A stretch of 64,000 nucleotides of DNA. It comes from Octopus bimaculoides (taxonomy: Eukaryota). Below the pieces are notes generated by a model. It was not told the origin of the DNA, searched no databases, and was given only the letters and a program-made list of their open reading frames with translations. The DNA lies in NCBI RefSeq assembly GCF_001194135.2, contig NC_068981.1:35797757-35861756 (forward strand). Direction: 5' to 3'. Position numbers and translations under genes: made by a program. Shown here piece after piece: positions 11,972 to 25,274 of this stretch (position 1 is its first letter; each line of letters opens with the position of its first letter).

Positions 11972-14069
11972 TATAAATATATATATACATATATATAAAT
12001 ATATATATACATATCTATCTATATATAGTTCCATATTCACACACTCACATATATATTTATTGTATAAGACTTTGATTATAACTACTGGGAACCATAATGG
12101 GGAAGAGAAAAAGGATATAAAAATTGAATGAAAAATATTTTATCATCTGTTTTCTTTATTGGTAAAGTGATGTTCACTGTTTATGGTAAAGTCATAAAAC
12201 TCCACAGTGCTGTCCAACAATCTGTAAATAGGTACCATGCGGGTGATAGTTTGCTGCTGTGAGCAGTGGCTGAATTCTGTCATAGACAAATACTTTTTTA
12301 TAGTTTGCAGTAATGAATTGCAAAGCCTCCCATGGGTCTATAGAAGGTGAAGGAAAACCTTGTCATTGTATCTACCACTGATTTGCTATTTGAAATTGAA
12401 ATCTTCAATTAAGCCTTAAAAACAAATCAAAATAAATGCCTACTGTCAGAGAAAAATGTTATCACGTGATTCATGTAAAAAAATCTAGCTACAGCAATTC
12501 GTTTCCTTTCTTTTTCATTCAATAAGTCTTCATAAGTTAATTCTATGTAAAATTTTCCAAGGTCATGCAAGATGAAATGTGAATGATTAAAGATTCTATT
12601 TGTTAAATGCAAGACAGTTTTTATGAATCATATGTACTGCTTTCCAAATTTATTATAATACTTGCCATTTATTTCTTATATGTCTTGCAAAATGATGGTA
12701 TTTTTGTCTCTATCCTCTATTAAAACAATTTTGCTCTGGCAAACAATTGTAACAGGGTCATTAACTTCCATTGCATATTTTTGAACAATAGCTATCATAT
12801 TCTTCATTACAAGTCTTTTTTTTTTAGTGAGTATTAATTCAAAGGCATATTTTTCTTACTTCTTGAATAAAATTAAATGGACTTCAACTTGGTATTTGTG
12901 TCTTACTAAAATAAAATCTGCATTAGCTATTTTTACTGAATGGTATTATAAACTATCTAAATGTTAGAAATGTGACATGACACAGTAAAATAATGAAAAG
13001 AGTTCATTAGAACAGCATGCTCTTAAGTAATTACTGAAAATATTCACATTATTCACACTACAATGTACTTCAAGCACTCATAAGTTTTGACCTACAGCAA
13101 GACACCTGATAAATTATAATCAATATCTCAGATATGACATTAGAAATTCATATATCCAGTGGGGGACAGTAGACTATGAGAAATCCAGTAAAAGTACTGA
13201 AAGAAGACAATGGAAAAAGAAGGCAGCAGCCAAGCAATATGTTATGTCAGTATGGGGAAAGCACAGATGAAAACATTGATGATCATAATGACAATCATGA
13301 TGATGATCATGATGAAAATGATGATGACAACAATGATAAAGAGAATCAGATAAAAGAAGAATGAATAAAGAAATGGTTAGGCTGAGTTTCAGCGGAATAT
13401 TTTGATGTCCTGATATTGAAATTTGTCTGATTGTTGTCGACTGGCACAGTTGAGATTGCTACAACATCTAAGCAAATAAGAAATCAGACAAATTGTCTGA
13501 TTTCAGAATAGACTCTAATGCACTTTTAAAACGAAATATGCCTTGAGTAGTACGGACATAAAATAATAACAACAAATTTTGCTTATGCTGAATTCTATTT
13601 CTTACATTTTCTTTCAATGCTTTTTTCTATTTAGTGCTCTTCTTTTTTAAACTTATCAAACTATTCAGCTTCCTTATAAATATCTGTATTAAACACACAG
13701 ACCCTGTTTACTGGGCCAATTAATCCACTTGTCCCTGAGGATGCACTGTCCTACATGTGGTCTGTCATGAACACAACAAACGAGATCAGCAGGTTAATTT
13801 TCAATGTTAATAGATTCCCTTGACATCAACATCAACCAAGAGAAAGAAAGGCAAAAATAGAGAAAAAAATTAGCTAGTGCACTATTTTCTTTTCTTTTTT
13901 CTTTTTGCTAACCAAAGGCAGTGAAGAAAAAATGTTTCTATTCATTGGACAACACTCTGCTTGCAAGCACAAAGGAATTTTCTTTAAGGTTAATGTTTGA
14001 TTAGTTATTATTTCTCCTTTAAGAATTGTATCTTCTCTTTTCTTCTGTTTTGATCATGTCTTTTTCCAC

Positions 14070-14070
<1 letters not shown>

Positions 14071-14121
<51 letters not shown>

Positions 14122-14130
14122 TAACAACAA
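14071..14130. repeat. (AAT)n microsatellite
   Basis: Seen directly. Confidence 0.95.
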
Positions 14131-14954
14131 CACCAGCAGCAATAATAAATAATACCGATAATTCCAAAATAGTCTTGAATAAAGATTCTGAGAAGTGGGT
14201 AAAAAAGACAAAAATATGAAAACTAAGTTTGTATTCTGCAATTATGAACAACAGACATTTTTCTTGTGGAAATAATTTTGCATCAAGCAGATAACCTGTG
14301 AAACTAATTGATTTACAAATGCTTCAGAAAATTTTTGATTATTTAGAAATAGCTTCTCCATAATATATAACCCTGAGACTTTCAGCAGTTTATATCATAC
14401 CTATCTGTAAATGGTAGATTAGGTCTATCAACCAATTTGCTATCAGTATATTTTAATTATATTCATCTTTATTTGTATAATGTGTATTCAGAAACAACTG
14501 TATTGAACATCATGGAATACATTTAAAAATTGCTTTAGAAATTAAATATCATGTTTGATCACTAGAATGCTCTCATTTTGTTATCTAATTCTGGGTTTTT
14601 TTTCAGTCATAAGGTACCTAACACAATATGATAACAAGAGGGAAATTTGGCTGCTATTTCTAGCACGCACTGAGAGTGAAACCCGTTTATTAGCTTGCAA
14701 TCATTTTTTTTGTTCACAAATAGTGGAGAAATGGTGGGGAAAATGTATTTATATCCTACTGGTATCAATTAACCTGGAGATTGTTATCCATGAATATATA
14801 TAATATATACTGAGACTCTCTTGTGCCTGAGGAAGATGTTCACCTGGTGGTTCATGCCTATGCAGAATGAGTTCAATGCAGAATGGAGTGGTGCACACAC
14901 CAGACATTACCTTCAGCATCTCATTAGAGTGAGAATACAAATCCAATCATAATA

Positions 14955-15480
14955 TCAGCTCATTAAGAATGAAATGTCCGATTTTCTTGTGCACTAAATT
15001 TGAGAGTCGTTAGCTCTAATGTTTTATCCTGACAATTCTTTGTTCTACAACATTGAAGAGTTACATCATCATTTTTCAAAATGCAATTCATGGTGTCTGA
15101 GTTTTCTCTTGTAAATCAATTTTTGTGAACCCATGGATAGATAAAAAATTCGTGTTGTTTATGAATATGGAACCAATGCATCCCAGACAGCTCGACACAC
15201 CAATGAGGTGTTTGGTGAAGATGTGGTGAATAAGCACACTGTATACTGATGGTTTGAGAAGTTCCGGTCTGGTGACTTTACTCTTGAAAATCAGCCCTGT
15301 GGTAGACCTAAGACCAAGGTGGATAATAATGAACTGGAAACTGTAGTAGAAGCAGATACATCTCAAACTACACGTGAGTTAGCAGCAAGGTTTGATGTTT
15401 TGATTCCAACTGTAACAAACCGGCATGGTAAAAAAGCTGGACAAGTGGGTACCACACGAACTTAATGAGCAGCAAATGGC
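14955..15480 (+). mobile_element. 5' fragment of a mariner transposon (left end plus transposase N-terminus)
   Basis: TIR-like start TA|tcagctcattaagaatgaaatgtccg; from ATG 15133 MDR*KIRVVYEY..GTNASQTARHTNEVFGEDVVNKHTVY*WFEKFRSGDFTLENQPCGRPKTKVDNNELETVVEADTSQTTRELAARF...KKLDKWVPHELN, containing the mariner WVPHEL motif. Truncated before the catalytic domain. Confidence 0.88.
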
Positions 15481-15849
15481 ACATTTAATACTGTCATTGG
15501 TTAGCAGAAATAGTTGTTACAGCAGTACTTAATTTTATTTAACCAGATAGAAGGGTTGATTCTCTTTTAATTAATGATGTAGTGAGAAGAGTAAGGAATA
15601 ACTCTTAATTAATTAAGGAAAGATCTCAGTTAATGACGTAGTGAGGGGAGTAAAGAATAACTCTTTTCAGGGCTTCTGAGACTTGTGCAAAGAAGGGAAG
15701 AAGTTATCTCTCGGACTTAAAATCCAGCCCAAATACTTGCAACAAAAGTGACACTGTTAAAGGCTTCAAAGAATCAATTTGTGGTGTTAAATCAGGAAAC
15801 AAATTATGTCTAACACCCAAGAATAGGAACAATTCATCCAACTGACTTC

Positions 15850-16020
15850 CACAGGATTTCTGTTAACCAATTTTTCTTACAAGGTTTTGGTCGACCTGGT
15901 TGATCAAAAAACATAGGAAAAAGATGCTTACCCATGGTGCCCGGCTTGGAAATTGAATCTGAAGTCACGTAGGTAAAATTGAACTTCTTAATTCATGGTA
16001 ATGCCTGAAGCTGAGTGCCT
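15850..16020 (-). mobile_element. SINE head fragment
   Basis: Reverse complement of the tRNA-derived head seen at 17445 and 44945 (aaggttttggtcgacc...gatgcttacccatggtgccc...attgaatc). Confidence 0.5.
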
Positions 16021-17444
16021 TGACCATGGACATAATACACACATATACACATATACATATATATATGCCTTTATGACTCCATGTCTATGTATGCATGTTT
16101 ATATATGTGCATGTATTCAAACATACATGAATATATGTTTGTTATACCCCCCGGCATATCTTCTCTGTCTTAAAAAATGTGTTTAGAAACACCACGGTCT
16201 TTTATACAGGTATCTAACTTTGGTTATTCAACCTGGATTGAACACTCATGATCAAAGGAATTCCAGTCACGACATTCCCATTTTACATTCACACATAGAG
16301 CAAAAAGACCACATTATTCAATGTGTCTTTCTTCATTTAAGATTGCTGAGTTGAGGAGACTTGGTTGCTATCCAGGATAGAGCTGAGTCTCTATTTCAGT
16401 AGTTTTTACATCTGACTCCATGTTTACTTAAGTATATCAGTAAATACACACATATTTATTTTAGTGTATACAAGTGATGTATATTTTAGTGAGTCATTTC
16501 TCTTTCTAAACTGAACATACTAGAGAAGAAATATTTACTAATTATAATATATATACTGCGTAATAATTATTAATCCATTTCTTTAGGTGCATTTAAAATT
16601 TCTTTAATTTCTCTCCTTTTTATATTTCTAGCAATGGATCCCATTGAGTGACTCATACAAATGCAAACATGCTTGTGTGTAAATGTAAAAGCCATATAGG
16701 TCAATGCAATAGAATTACACTACACATTTGCTTCAGAAGATGCTTACACGAAAGGTTACTCAAGTGAAAAACTGTGTGAAGTGACATGAACTGGTCAAGG
16801 AGTAAGTGCAGTCTAATGTAAACATTGAATGAGATCCTTTATGAATTGTGGTAGTTTAGAACTACCTAAAAGGGAATCAGAGAATAAATCTTTAATGAAA
16901 CTTTTGAAGCTCATGTGGTATATTAAAATTTGCAAAATCTTGGAGATACTACAGTAATCTAATTTTCTTCTAATGCCAACCACTTTACAAAGTGTGCAAG
17001 GTACTTTTAGGTCTAAGAATCCATAAGTTAGGGAAAATTGCACTCATATATCTGTCAGTAGAGTGGGTATACTTAATCGCAGTGTACAGTATTTATATGT
17101 CAATTACAGCTGATTTAATCAATCGGTTTCACACTAGGGGTTCACTAGGGAGTTAGGTAACAATCCAATTATGTATCCCTGCACTCTTCAGAAATGGCAG
17201 TTATGGAATGAAATATGATGACTGCTCTCTATTGTTGGAGGTGAACAGACACATCTGGTTTGTAGTTGCTGTTTGTAGATGATGATGATAATAAACCATT
17301 ATTTCTGTGTCAATGCACCCAACATTTTAATTTTTAGGCTTAGCATTTAAAGCACAAACACATCAAGCAGTTTGTTCTTGTTTGGTCCCATGCTAACTCT
17401 GATCAAGCAAGGTAATAATCACACAGTCACAGTCTTACAAATGT

Positions 17445-17735
17445 TTGTGTGGTTAAGAAACGTGCTTCCCAACCATGTAGTTTTGAGCTCAGTTCCAGTC
17501 TATGTGGTATATTGGAATCCTGGGTAAGTGTCTTTTACTATAAACCCAAACTAACCAAAGCTTTGTAATTCTTTTGTGAAAAACATGTCAGGCCATGGGG
17601 AAATATTATCTCTCTTGGAAACAAGTGAAGATAGGAAGGGGATCTGGCTGTAGAAAATCTGCCTCAATGAATTCCACCTGACCCATGCAAGCATGGAAAA
17701 GTGGATGTTAAAACAATGATTATGGTGAAGATGTT
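17445..17735 (+). mobile_element. SINE: tRNA-derived head plus RTE-derived 3' tail
   Basis: Head gtggttaagaaacgtgcttcccaaccatgtag...gtaagtgtcttttactata...accaaagct; tail gatctggctgtagaaaatctgcc...tgacccatgcaagcatggaaaagtggatgttaaa(atg)n. Confidence 0.8.
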
Positions 17736-20700
17736 CTAGACACGATAATCTGTCCTTTTGTAATCTTGGATTATACTGTTCTATGTATTTTTTTCTATTT
17801 TTGAAATATATTGTGAGTTGTAATAAATTTGGTTACCATTTCTAGAATGGTCAAGCAAATGCATATCAATGATTAATGGAGGTGACAGAACAGGAAATGT
17901 AGGGTTATGAGGTAACTTCAGGTGTGCTGAGTAAATACCATAGTTTTAATCCCCAGATGAAGTAATTTCACTTCACTTGCCACTGAGGAAAAAACACGAC
18001 AGTTTTCTATATGAAGCCTTTGCTCCTCCTCAAGAGAAACCAGCTTATTTACTAATTATATTGACAGTAGCTAAGAAGCTGATAAGGAAGATCATTATCA
18101 TAATATTAAGGTAGCAGGCATTGATTTAGTGAAGATACATGAGTTAAAAACAAAGTATGAAAAGTACATGTAACCTCCTGGTTTTATCTATTATTTCTCT
18201 AGGATAATCCTTTTAAAGAAAATACCATTAATATTTATGAGGAGTACATTATTATGGCATTGAGTAAAATTCATCCAATTTTGTGATATTTGTATCTGAA
18301 ACCAGTGAAGGTATTTGTTCAATATCAGGCTTCACAAAAACTGAAAATAAAATATCTCTAAGATAGCTTTTCTCTTTATATCCAAACCACATGATATTAT
18401 ATTCAACCACAATTTCTTTTTACTGTATATTTTGTATAAAATTCTCATAATGTTTTCTATTTTAACCTTATAAATAATTTTTTTCAGTATTACAGTTAAT
18501 TTAAATGTTTTAGAGATTGATATAACATGGTATATTGGAATGGATGCTTTATTTTATCATAGTTTTGTACCTCACAATACTGAGTTCAAATATTCCCAAT
18601 CAGCATATCAGAATTAATGAAACACATCCTAGTAACCATATAAAGACCAATTCAACTGATTGTAGTTAATTTAAAAGAGAAATTGACTAGGTGAGTCATA
18701 AAATATCAATACCATAACAGAATGATTTGCATGAGCTTTAAATGTAATCCATCACTTCAGCTATGTACACAGTGTTTTGCATGAGGTGAAGGTGAAGGGA
18801 TAGAGTAGTACCTTTAAGAACACTGTATATGTGTTAGTTGAACACTTTCCAACTTCTTAAGATACTTTTCACCATTGTTATTGTTACATTGTGTAACAAA
18901 CTAGAATATTCTTAGCATAATCGGTGTCTTATTTCTTTTTCCTTTCCATCCTCTTTTTCCATCATCATCCACCTTATCAATAATAGCTTTTCATTTTTCC
19001 AGGTTGGCATAGTTTGAATGTGTTTCCACTTTCATTTCATGCACATATCATTATCCTTTATCAATTATTTGATGTGACCTAACTTAATTAATATCAGGTC
19101 ATCTCTTTATGAAAGTAGCACTTAATATGTTAAAGCACATTTTTTATTTTGCAAAGCAGTTGTAGTGCTTTACTGGTTGCATCTGACACTTAAATTTAGT
19201 TTGAAAAATTTTTAAAGCAGAGAAAATGGTATGTGGAAATGAGAAAATTACTATTCACAATTTGCTAGACATGAGTTTCCAAACACTATTTAAAGCCACA
19301 TCTAACAAATTTTCTTCATTGTGGTTCCTAAGCTACTAACTATTACTTGGAGATAAAGATTGAGTTAATTAAGAAGATTCTTGTATGAGATTTATGTACC
19401 AATCTTAAGCCAGTATAGAAATAATCAGATATTGAATCCTGAATCCCAATCCACTTCACATACCAAGACAGTTTCTTGGAAATGACAATACAACTTCTTT
19501 CCTGGGCTCTTGTAGACTTAAATAAGTAAAACAATAGCTCAAATACTTTTTCCAAGTTTCTAATTTGAACTTTCCACTAATATTGGAATGCTCTCCTCTC
19601 TGTTACTCATGTTTCTGTTAAGTATTATAGCTTCATATGATCTCTATTTGCAAGTTGTTTGTTGCATTAACTCAATAATAAATTTTTTGTTTTTGTTTAT
19701 TGTTCTTCAATTTCTATTATTTTCTATAAGTAGCTTTTTTCTGTTCGTTTCACTCCAGCTTGTATTTTTTATATTAAAATGCTATTAAAACAAAGCTTTG
19801 AAGTGAATTTAATCAGTCAAGAGTATAATACAATTCCATGATGATGATGATGATTGATAACAAGCAATTTATTATTTACAGGAAAAATATCAGTTGTTTT
19901 GTTGTTTTTAACCTTATGTAACATCTGATTGAACAGATCTACGATCAAAAGTATTCCAGTTGACCATATCACCTTTTATTTGGAAGGATTACATCATCCA
20001 ATGTGTTGTTTTTTAAGACAGTAGAATGTTATTTGAGTGAGATTTGGCTACTAGTTCTACAAGAATGAGTCTTTCTCATTGTCATGAAACAACAGTATTA
20101 TGTTCATGCATTAGACTATATAATTTTCATAGTATTTTTCACAGTTTATTAAATTATTTGAACCACAGGAGTTGTATCTTTTGATGGAATTAAATATTTA
20201 TGGGAACAGAAATGAAAAACACATAAGAACTTAATTCTAGAATAACCAAATGTCAATGACTTCAAACATTCTTCCTCACTATCTATAATTTACCATGGAG
20301 TTCTTAAAAGTTTTCTTTTTTTTCTTTGATTTAATATACAAAAATGATATAACTATAATCTATAGAAATATATCTGAAATTGAAGACAAAATAAACAAAT
20401 GTTATTCTTTAGTTTATTATCTTTTCCTTCTCATTAATGGTAGAGAAATTCTGTGAACTGAGAAAACTGTTCCAGTTATAAAATATTTCCATTTCTTTTC
20501 CATTGCCGGATGATTCAATTATATGAAAATTTTTCAGCCCTTTTCATTTAGCTTTTCAAGAAATGTGGACAAATATCTACTCAAATGAGACCAGATTAAA
20601 AAAGAAAAATTGGAAAAATCATCATAATAAAGTTGTTTAATGTATGAATAATGAAATTATTTTTACCCCTTCTATCAGTATCCCTGACATTTTCTTTTGA

Positions 20701-21449
20701 TGTGAAGATGCCTATTTCTCTTGGTTCTTTTCAACAAGGTTTGAATGTGTTTCCAAATTCATGCAATAGGTTAGATTGCCAATGAGAGAGTTTTTACAGG
20801 TTGATCTGATTTCTAATATCAAATTATTCAGAATAGGAAATATAACATTTTTAACCAAATAAAATATATAACTAATTAGTATTATTAACTTTGCTTTATG
20901 AGCAAATGAAAATGTGAGATTTACACTCTGAAATTAGGACTCAAATTTATTTTAGAAGAGAAATTTACAATGGAAAATTTGATTTTGAAACATGAAATCC
21001 TCTTTAGTTTTAGACATATATGAATAATATTTTTACATACTTAAAAATATTTCTAATTATTTTCTTCTCAGAAAACTAAAACAAAGAATTTATTATTTGG
21101 AATACTCTGAGCTGGTCTTTTTTTGTAATTTAGTTTGTTTATTCTGTTGATCAACATATTAGCAACTGGTGAGTCATAAATTTTTTCCCCTTCTTCCTAA
21201 ATGATTTATTACCAATACAAAATGAGGCAAAAAGGGGAACCTGTATGTGATTCATTGACCTGCTACACATAGTAGTCCCACTTCCCTCAAATCAGCATCT
21301 ACTGTCATGAATAAAATAAAGATGTTTTCAATAATGTGCTTTTATATATATACATATGTTCATGGATGGAATACATTTGATCATGGATAGCTTAAAACTA
21401 AACAGCAACTACAATAACAACAACTATTAGGACAAACTCTGTTACCATA

Positions 21450-21855
21450 TTGGGAATAACTAGCAAGCTAAACTTTAGATTTTGCTCTGTTTAATTTTTA
21501 GTTGAAGCTGTTATTTCAAATGTAAAAAGAAAATTTTGTTATTTTCCCATCAATTCTTTTCAATCAAATTTGTTATTCATATGGACTTTCAAGAATTTTC
21601 TTAACTATCCATCATCTTTCATTTAATTTGAAAAATGTGTTGTTGTTTTTATATGATTTTGATATTGTAGAGAACCATATCAATTTGGCATGAGAAACAG
21701 TGCTATTCCCTGTGTACTCTTTAGTTGTCAATCAATTGTTTATATGTGAGTATTGAATGTTGGAAATGGAAAGCAAATGAATGAACTTAGTTAAAAGAAT
21801 GGAATTTCTTCCAATATGTTACACTTAATGGCAGTACATTACTGTACCACAACAT
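21450..21855 (+). repeat. Copy 1 of a ~400 bp dispersed repeat (copy 2 at 25995-26412)
   Basis: Shared blocks such as agttgaagctgttatttcaaatgtaaa, ttgttattttcccatcaattcttttcaatc, tggcatgagaa.ca.tgctattccctg and aatttcttccaatatg..acacttaatg.cagtacattactg, in the same orientation. Confidence 0.9.
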
Positions 21856-22021
21856 TATGTTTTATATGAAGAAAATGATGTGTTTGCAAGGGAGAGAGCG
21901 ATCTTGCTTACATATATGCAGGTGTATCTACACAAACACACACATAGATAGAGAGAAAGGAAGAGAAAAAGAGAGAGAGAGAGAGAGATCTATATATATA
22001 TATATGATTATGTGTAGGTAT

Positions 22022-22548
22022 ATCTGTGTCTTTTCAACCAGAGCTCTTCTTGTGATTTCTCAGCAGCCTCTGCATAGTTCTTGATGGGTCTTCTGCTCAC
22101 TCCTGTAATGCTTGTCCATCTCAACTGGCAAACACCTGGTTATTTCCCTATTCTTGTGACAGTCATCTGTATTTTGCTTTCTTCATCTCTTGCACCTATT
22201 CCAATCTTTCCTCCCGGGGCACAATTAACTACAACAAGATTACCTGATGTGTTGCCTCTCAAACCAAGCTGATATCTAACCTCAACAAGGCTTGGGTGAT
22301 AAGTGATGGAAAATGTTAGCAGCTTACTCCATCACTCAATCACTTGGGTCTTTTCTTTGACTGCTTTCCTTCTTCAGCAAAAGCTATTTTTCTGGCTGTA
22401 TAGTGGGCATTTCTGTTGTCACGGATCTCCTTGCTGATTACCTCAGTGATGCTCTTGAAGATCTGATCATGTATCTACTATCCAACACTCAGTACTTTGG
22501 AGTAACTGTTTAGGATGTGTTTGAGCTCCTTTGAGAAAACACCTGCAT
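22022..22548 (-). mobile_element. 3' fragment of a HERO-like RLE non-LTR retrotransposon
   Basis: Minus-strand translation ELKHILNSYSKVLSVG**IHDQIFKSITEVISKEI (compare LEHILSSCPKALGEGRYRWRHDQVLKSIAE), NCAPGGKIG/VPWEERLE..KKAKY-like, and AEAAEKSQEELWLKR (compare EAAERASRWLWLKR). Confidence 0.7.
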
Positions 22549-23020
22549 GCTCAAGAGCTGTGGCCATACTAGGGCATCATTGTTAATTTTTCTACACTTG
22601 CATTTACTTAAAGACCTCCTCTGATATTTGACATTTGGTGAATGAGGGACTTTGATATTGCTGCTATCATTTGCATTTCCTGTCATAAGTTCATCTAGAA
22701 CTCTTTACAACTGGAGATCCAGTGTTGTTTTGACGACACCTATATCTACCCCATGTAGGTCTTTCCAGCTTTTAGGGAGGGTACTGAAGAGTGGTGAGCC
22801 CTTGAAACCCAGGCTGCATCTTCATGGTGATGTTGAAATCTTTGGCACTATGCAGTGGTGCCCCATTCTGGTGTTTGTGTTTCAATACCAAAGTTTGGTA
22901 CAAGTCTTTCCAGGATTTTCCAGATGTATATCACTGCATGTCTTTTCTGCCTTTGTTTTAGGGAGATGAGTCTTAATTTCTTCAGCCTTTCCAAGTAGCT
23001 GACCTGTCACATTGAGATGG
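22549..23020 (-). mobile_element. 3' fragment of a CR1-type LINE (same family as 49750-51050)
   Basis: Minus strand ...LENPGKTC..., FQGLTTLQYPP*KLERPTWGRYRCRQ region homologous to FKGSQLSNILQRNLRDLQGVDVEMFK at 50790-50880; ends gatgccctagtatggccacagctcttgagc, matching the CR1 tail ggtgctccagtatggccccagcctctagc. Confidence 0.75.
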
Positions 23021-23040
23021 TCTTCTTTGTGTGTGTATAT

Positions 23041-23162
<122 letters not shown>

Positions 23163-23836
23163 CACTATACTGAATAGTATATATCTAGTACCAAGCTCTT
23201 ACCTATCTATTGTTCTCTCACCAGAATGCATTATTTATTTCTCCTCTTGCTATTTGCAGAACTGCTACCATTCACTTATGGAGTATTGCATAAGCATTCT
23301 TTCCTTCCTCTCACCATGGTGTATGACCTGACTATCCTTTCTGATCATGGATTTATCTAAAGGATACTTGATCTAACTAGATCGGACCCTCCCACCCTCC
23401 TGTACATAATGAACCACAACAAATATCATTGATGAGAAACATTCTTCTACTGTCTAACTTAGAACTTTCCAATGACAGAATACCTAACTTATAGAATCTT
23501 TGCTCAATACAATGCCTCAATAGCAGGGATATTCTAGAAACAGCTGTCAGAAACTATTTTTTTACCATTTGTTATGTAGCTAAATTAGATTGAATTAAAT
23601 TAAATTAAATGTCCTTATGATGTCTTGTCTAATTGTTTGCCTTTCCTCACTACTTTAACATACATATATATTTATAAATATATATATATATATATGAAAA
23701 TAATTATATATAAACTATCAGTATTATTTTTCCATATGTAAACTTTTTCAAAAATAGGCAATATTTATAGATCAAATGCAGACAGACTCACATATTCTAT
23801 GTAACTTTCTTTTGCATGCATAAATACTTGTATAGG

Positions 23837-23902
<66 letters not shown>

Positions 23903-23932
23903 TGTTGTTTAATGTCCACTTTCCATGCTGGT
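23837..23932 (-). repeat. (CAT)n microsatellite with adjacent RTE-type 3' tail remnant
   Basis: (CAT)n at 23837-23901 followed by tttaatgtccactttccatgctgg, the reverse complement of the RTE/SINE terminal ccagcatggaaagtggacattaaa. Confidence 0.75.
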
Positions 23933-23971
23933 TATTATATATACAACTACAAACAGGCACACACATGTATA

Positions 23972-24017
<46 letters not shown>

Positions 24018-24227
24018 TACGCTCAACTACACATCTATCTATCTTTTTAGGTCTCCCTTTCTCTCTTTCTCTGTCTATCTATCAATATGTATGTAAACAT
24101 ATCAATAACATTTGTCTTCTATGAAGATCAGAAATGATAACTCTACTGCTTTCCTTGCTAGTAAACTCCTCAACCAGCTAGTTTGCACTCATATATACAT
24201 ATTGTGTGTGTGTGTATGTGTAGAAAA

Positions 24228-24287
<60 letters not shown>

Positions 24288-24680
24288 NNNNNNNNNNNNN
24301 NNNNNNNNNNNNNNNNNNNNNNNNNNNNNNNNNNNNNNNNNNNNNNNNNNNNNNNNNNNNNNNNNNNNNNNNNNNNNNNNNNNNNNNNNNNNNNNNNNNN
24401 NNNNNNNNNNNNNNNNNNNNNNNNNNNNNNNNNNNNNNNNNNNNNNNNNNNNNNNNNNNNNNNNNNNNNNNNNNNNNNNNNNNNNNNNNNNNNNNNNNNN
24501 NNNNNNNNNNNNNNNNNNNNNNNNNNNNNNNNNNNNNNNNNNNNNNNNNNNNNNNNNNNNNNNNNNNNNNNNNNNNNNNNNNNNNNNNNNNNNNNNNNNN
24601 NNNNNNNNNNNNNNNNNNNNNNNNNNNNNNNNNNNNNNNNNNNNNNNNNNNNNNNNNNNNNNNNNNNNNNNNNNNNNNNN
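24288..24680. other. Assembly gap (N run) flanked by (TA)n/(TG)n
   Basis: N run seen directly. Other gaps: 10967-10976, 11898-11935, 25178-25221, 41338-41422, 53541-53725, 56701-57050, 61344-61568. Confidence 1.
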
Positions 24681-25037
24681 TATATATATATATATATATA
24701 TGTACATACATTCATACATATACACTTTAACATATGTTTGTGCCCACACATGTGTGTATTAATATATATATATCCTACAGTTGTATGAAACAATTGCATA
24801 CTTTAGGTTAAAAGCAACCATAAAACGACAAGCTAGGGCTTTTACAGCCATAAAGATGTGACATTTGTGTTATTCGCCTTCTAGATTGGCTACGAACCGA
24901 AGCTAATATGCGTAGTCTGACTATTGTTGCTGTTTCTGATAAGTTCAGAATTCCTGTTTGAAGTAGCTCTGTTAACTGCTACATCAAAAGCAAACTCTCT
25001 TTTACTTTTTCTTTCCGTCTTTCTCTTTCACATGTAT

Positions 25038-25074
<37 letters not shown>

Positions 25075-25118
25075 TAGATTGAGAGATAAATAAATATATA
25101 TATATATGCATGCATATA

Positions 25119-25177
<59 letters not shown>

Positions 25178-25221
25178 NNNNNNNNNNNNNNNNNNNNNNN
25201 NNNNNNNNNNNNNNNNNNNNN

Positions 25222-25274
<53 letters not shown>

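Noticed and set aside
13176-13364. Acidic D/E/N-rich ORF
   Set aside because: Degenerate (GAT)n repeat with no splice or domain evidence.
15571-15665. Two 36-bp direct repeats (32/36 identical) separated by 23 bp, superficially CRISPR-like
   Set aside because: Only two units, eukaryotic context, no cas genes; a simple local duplication is sufficient.
23816-24124. Poly-His / poly-Asp ORFs
   Set aside because: Translations of the (CAT)n and (CA)n microsatellites.
24112-24799. Long ORFs in several frames (also near 41.3, 53.5, 56.7 and 61.3 kb)
   Set aside because: They read through N-gaps and (TA)n/(TG)n runs; artefacts.
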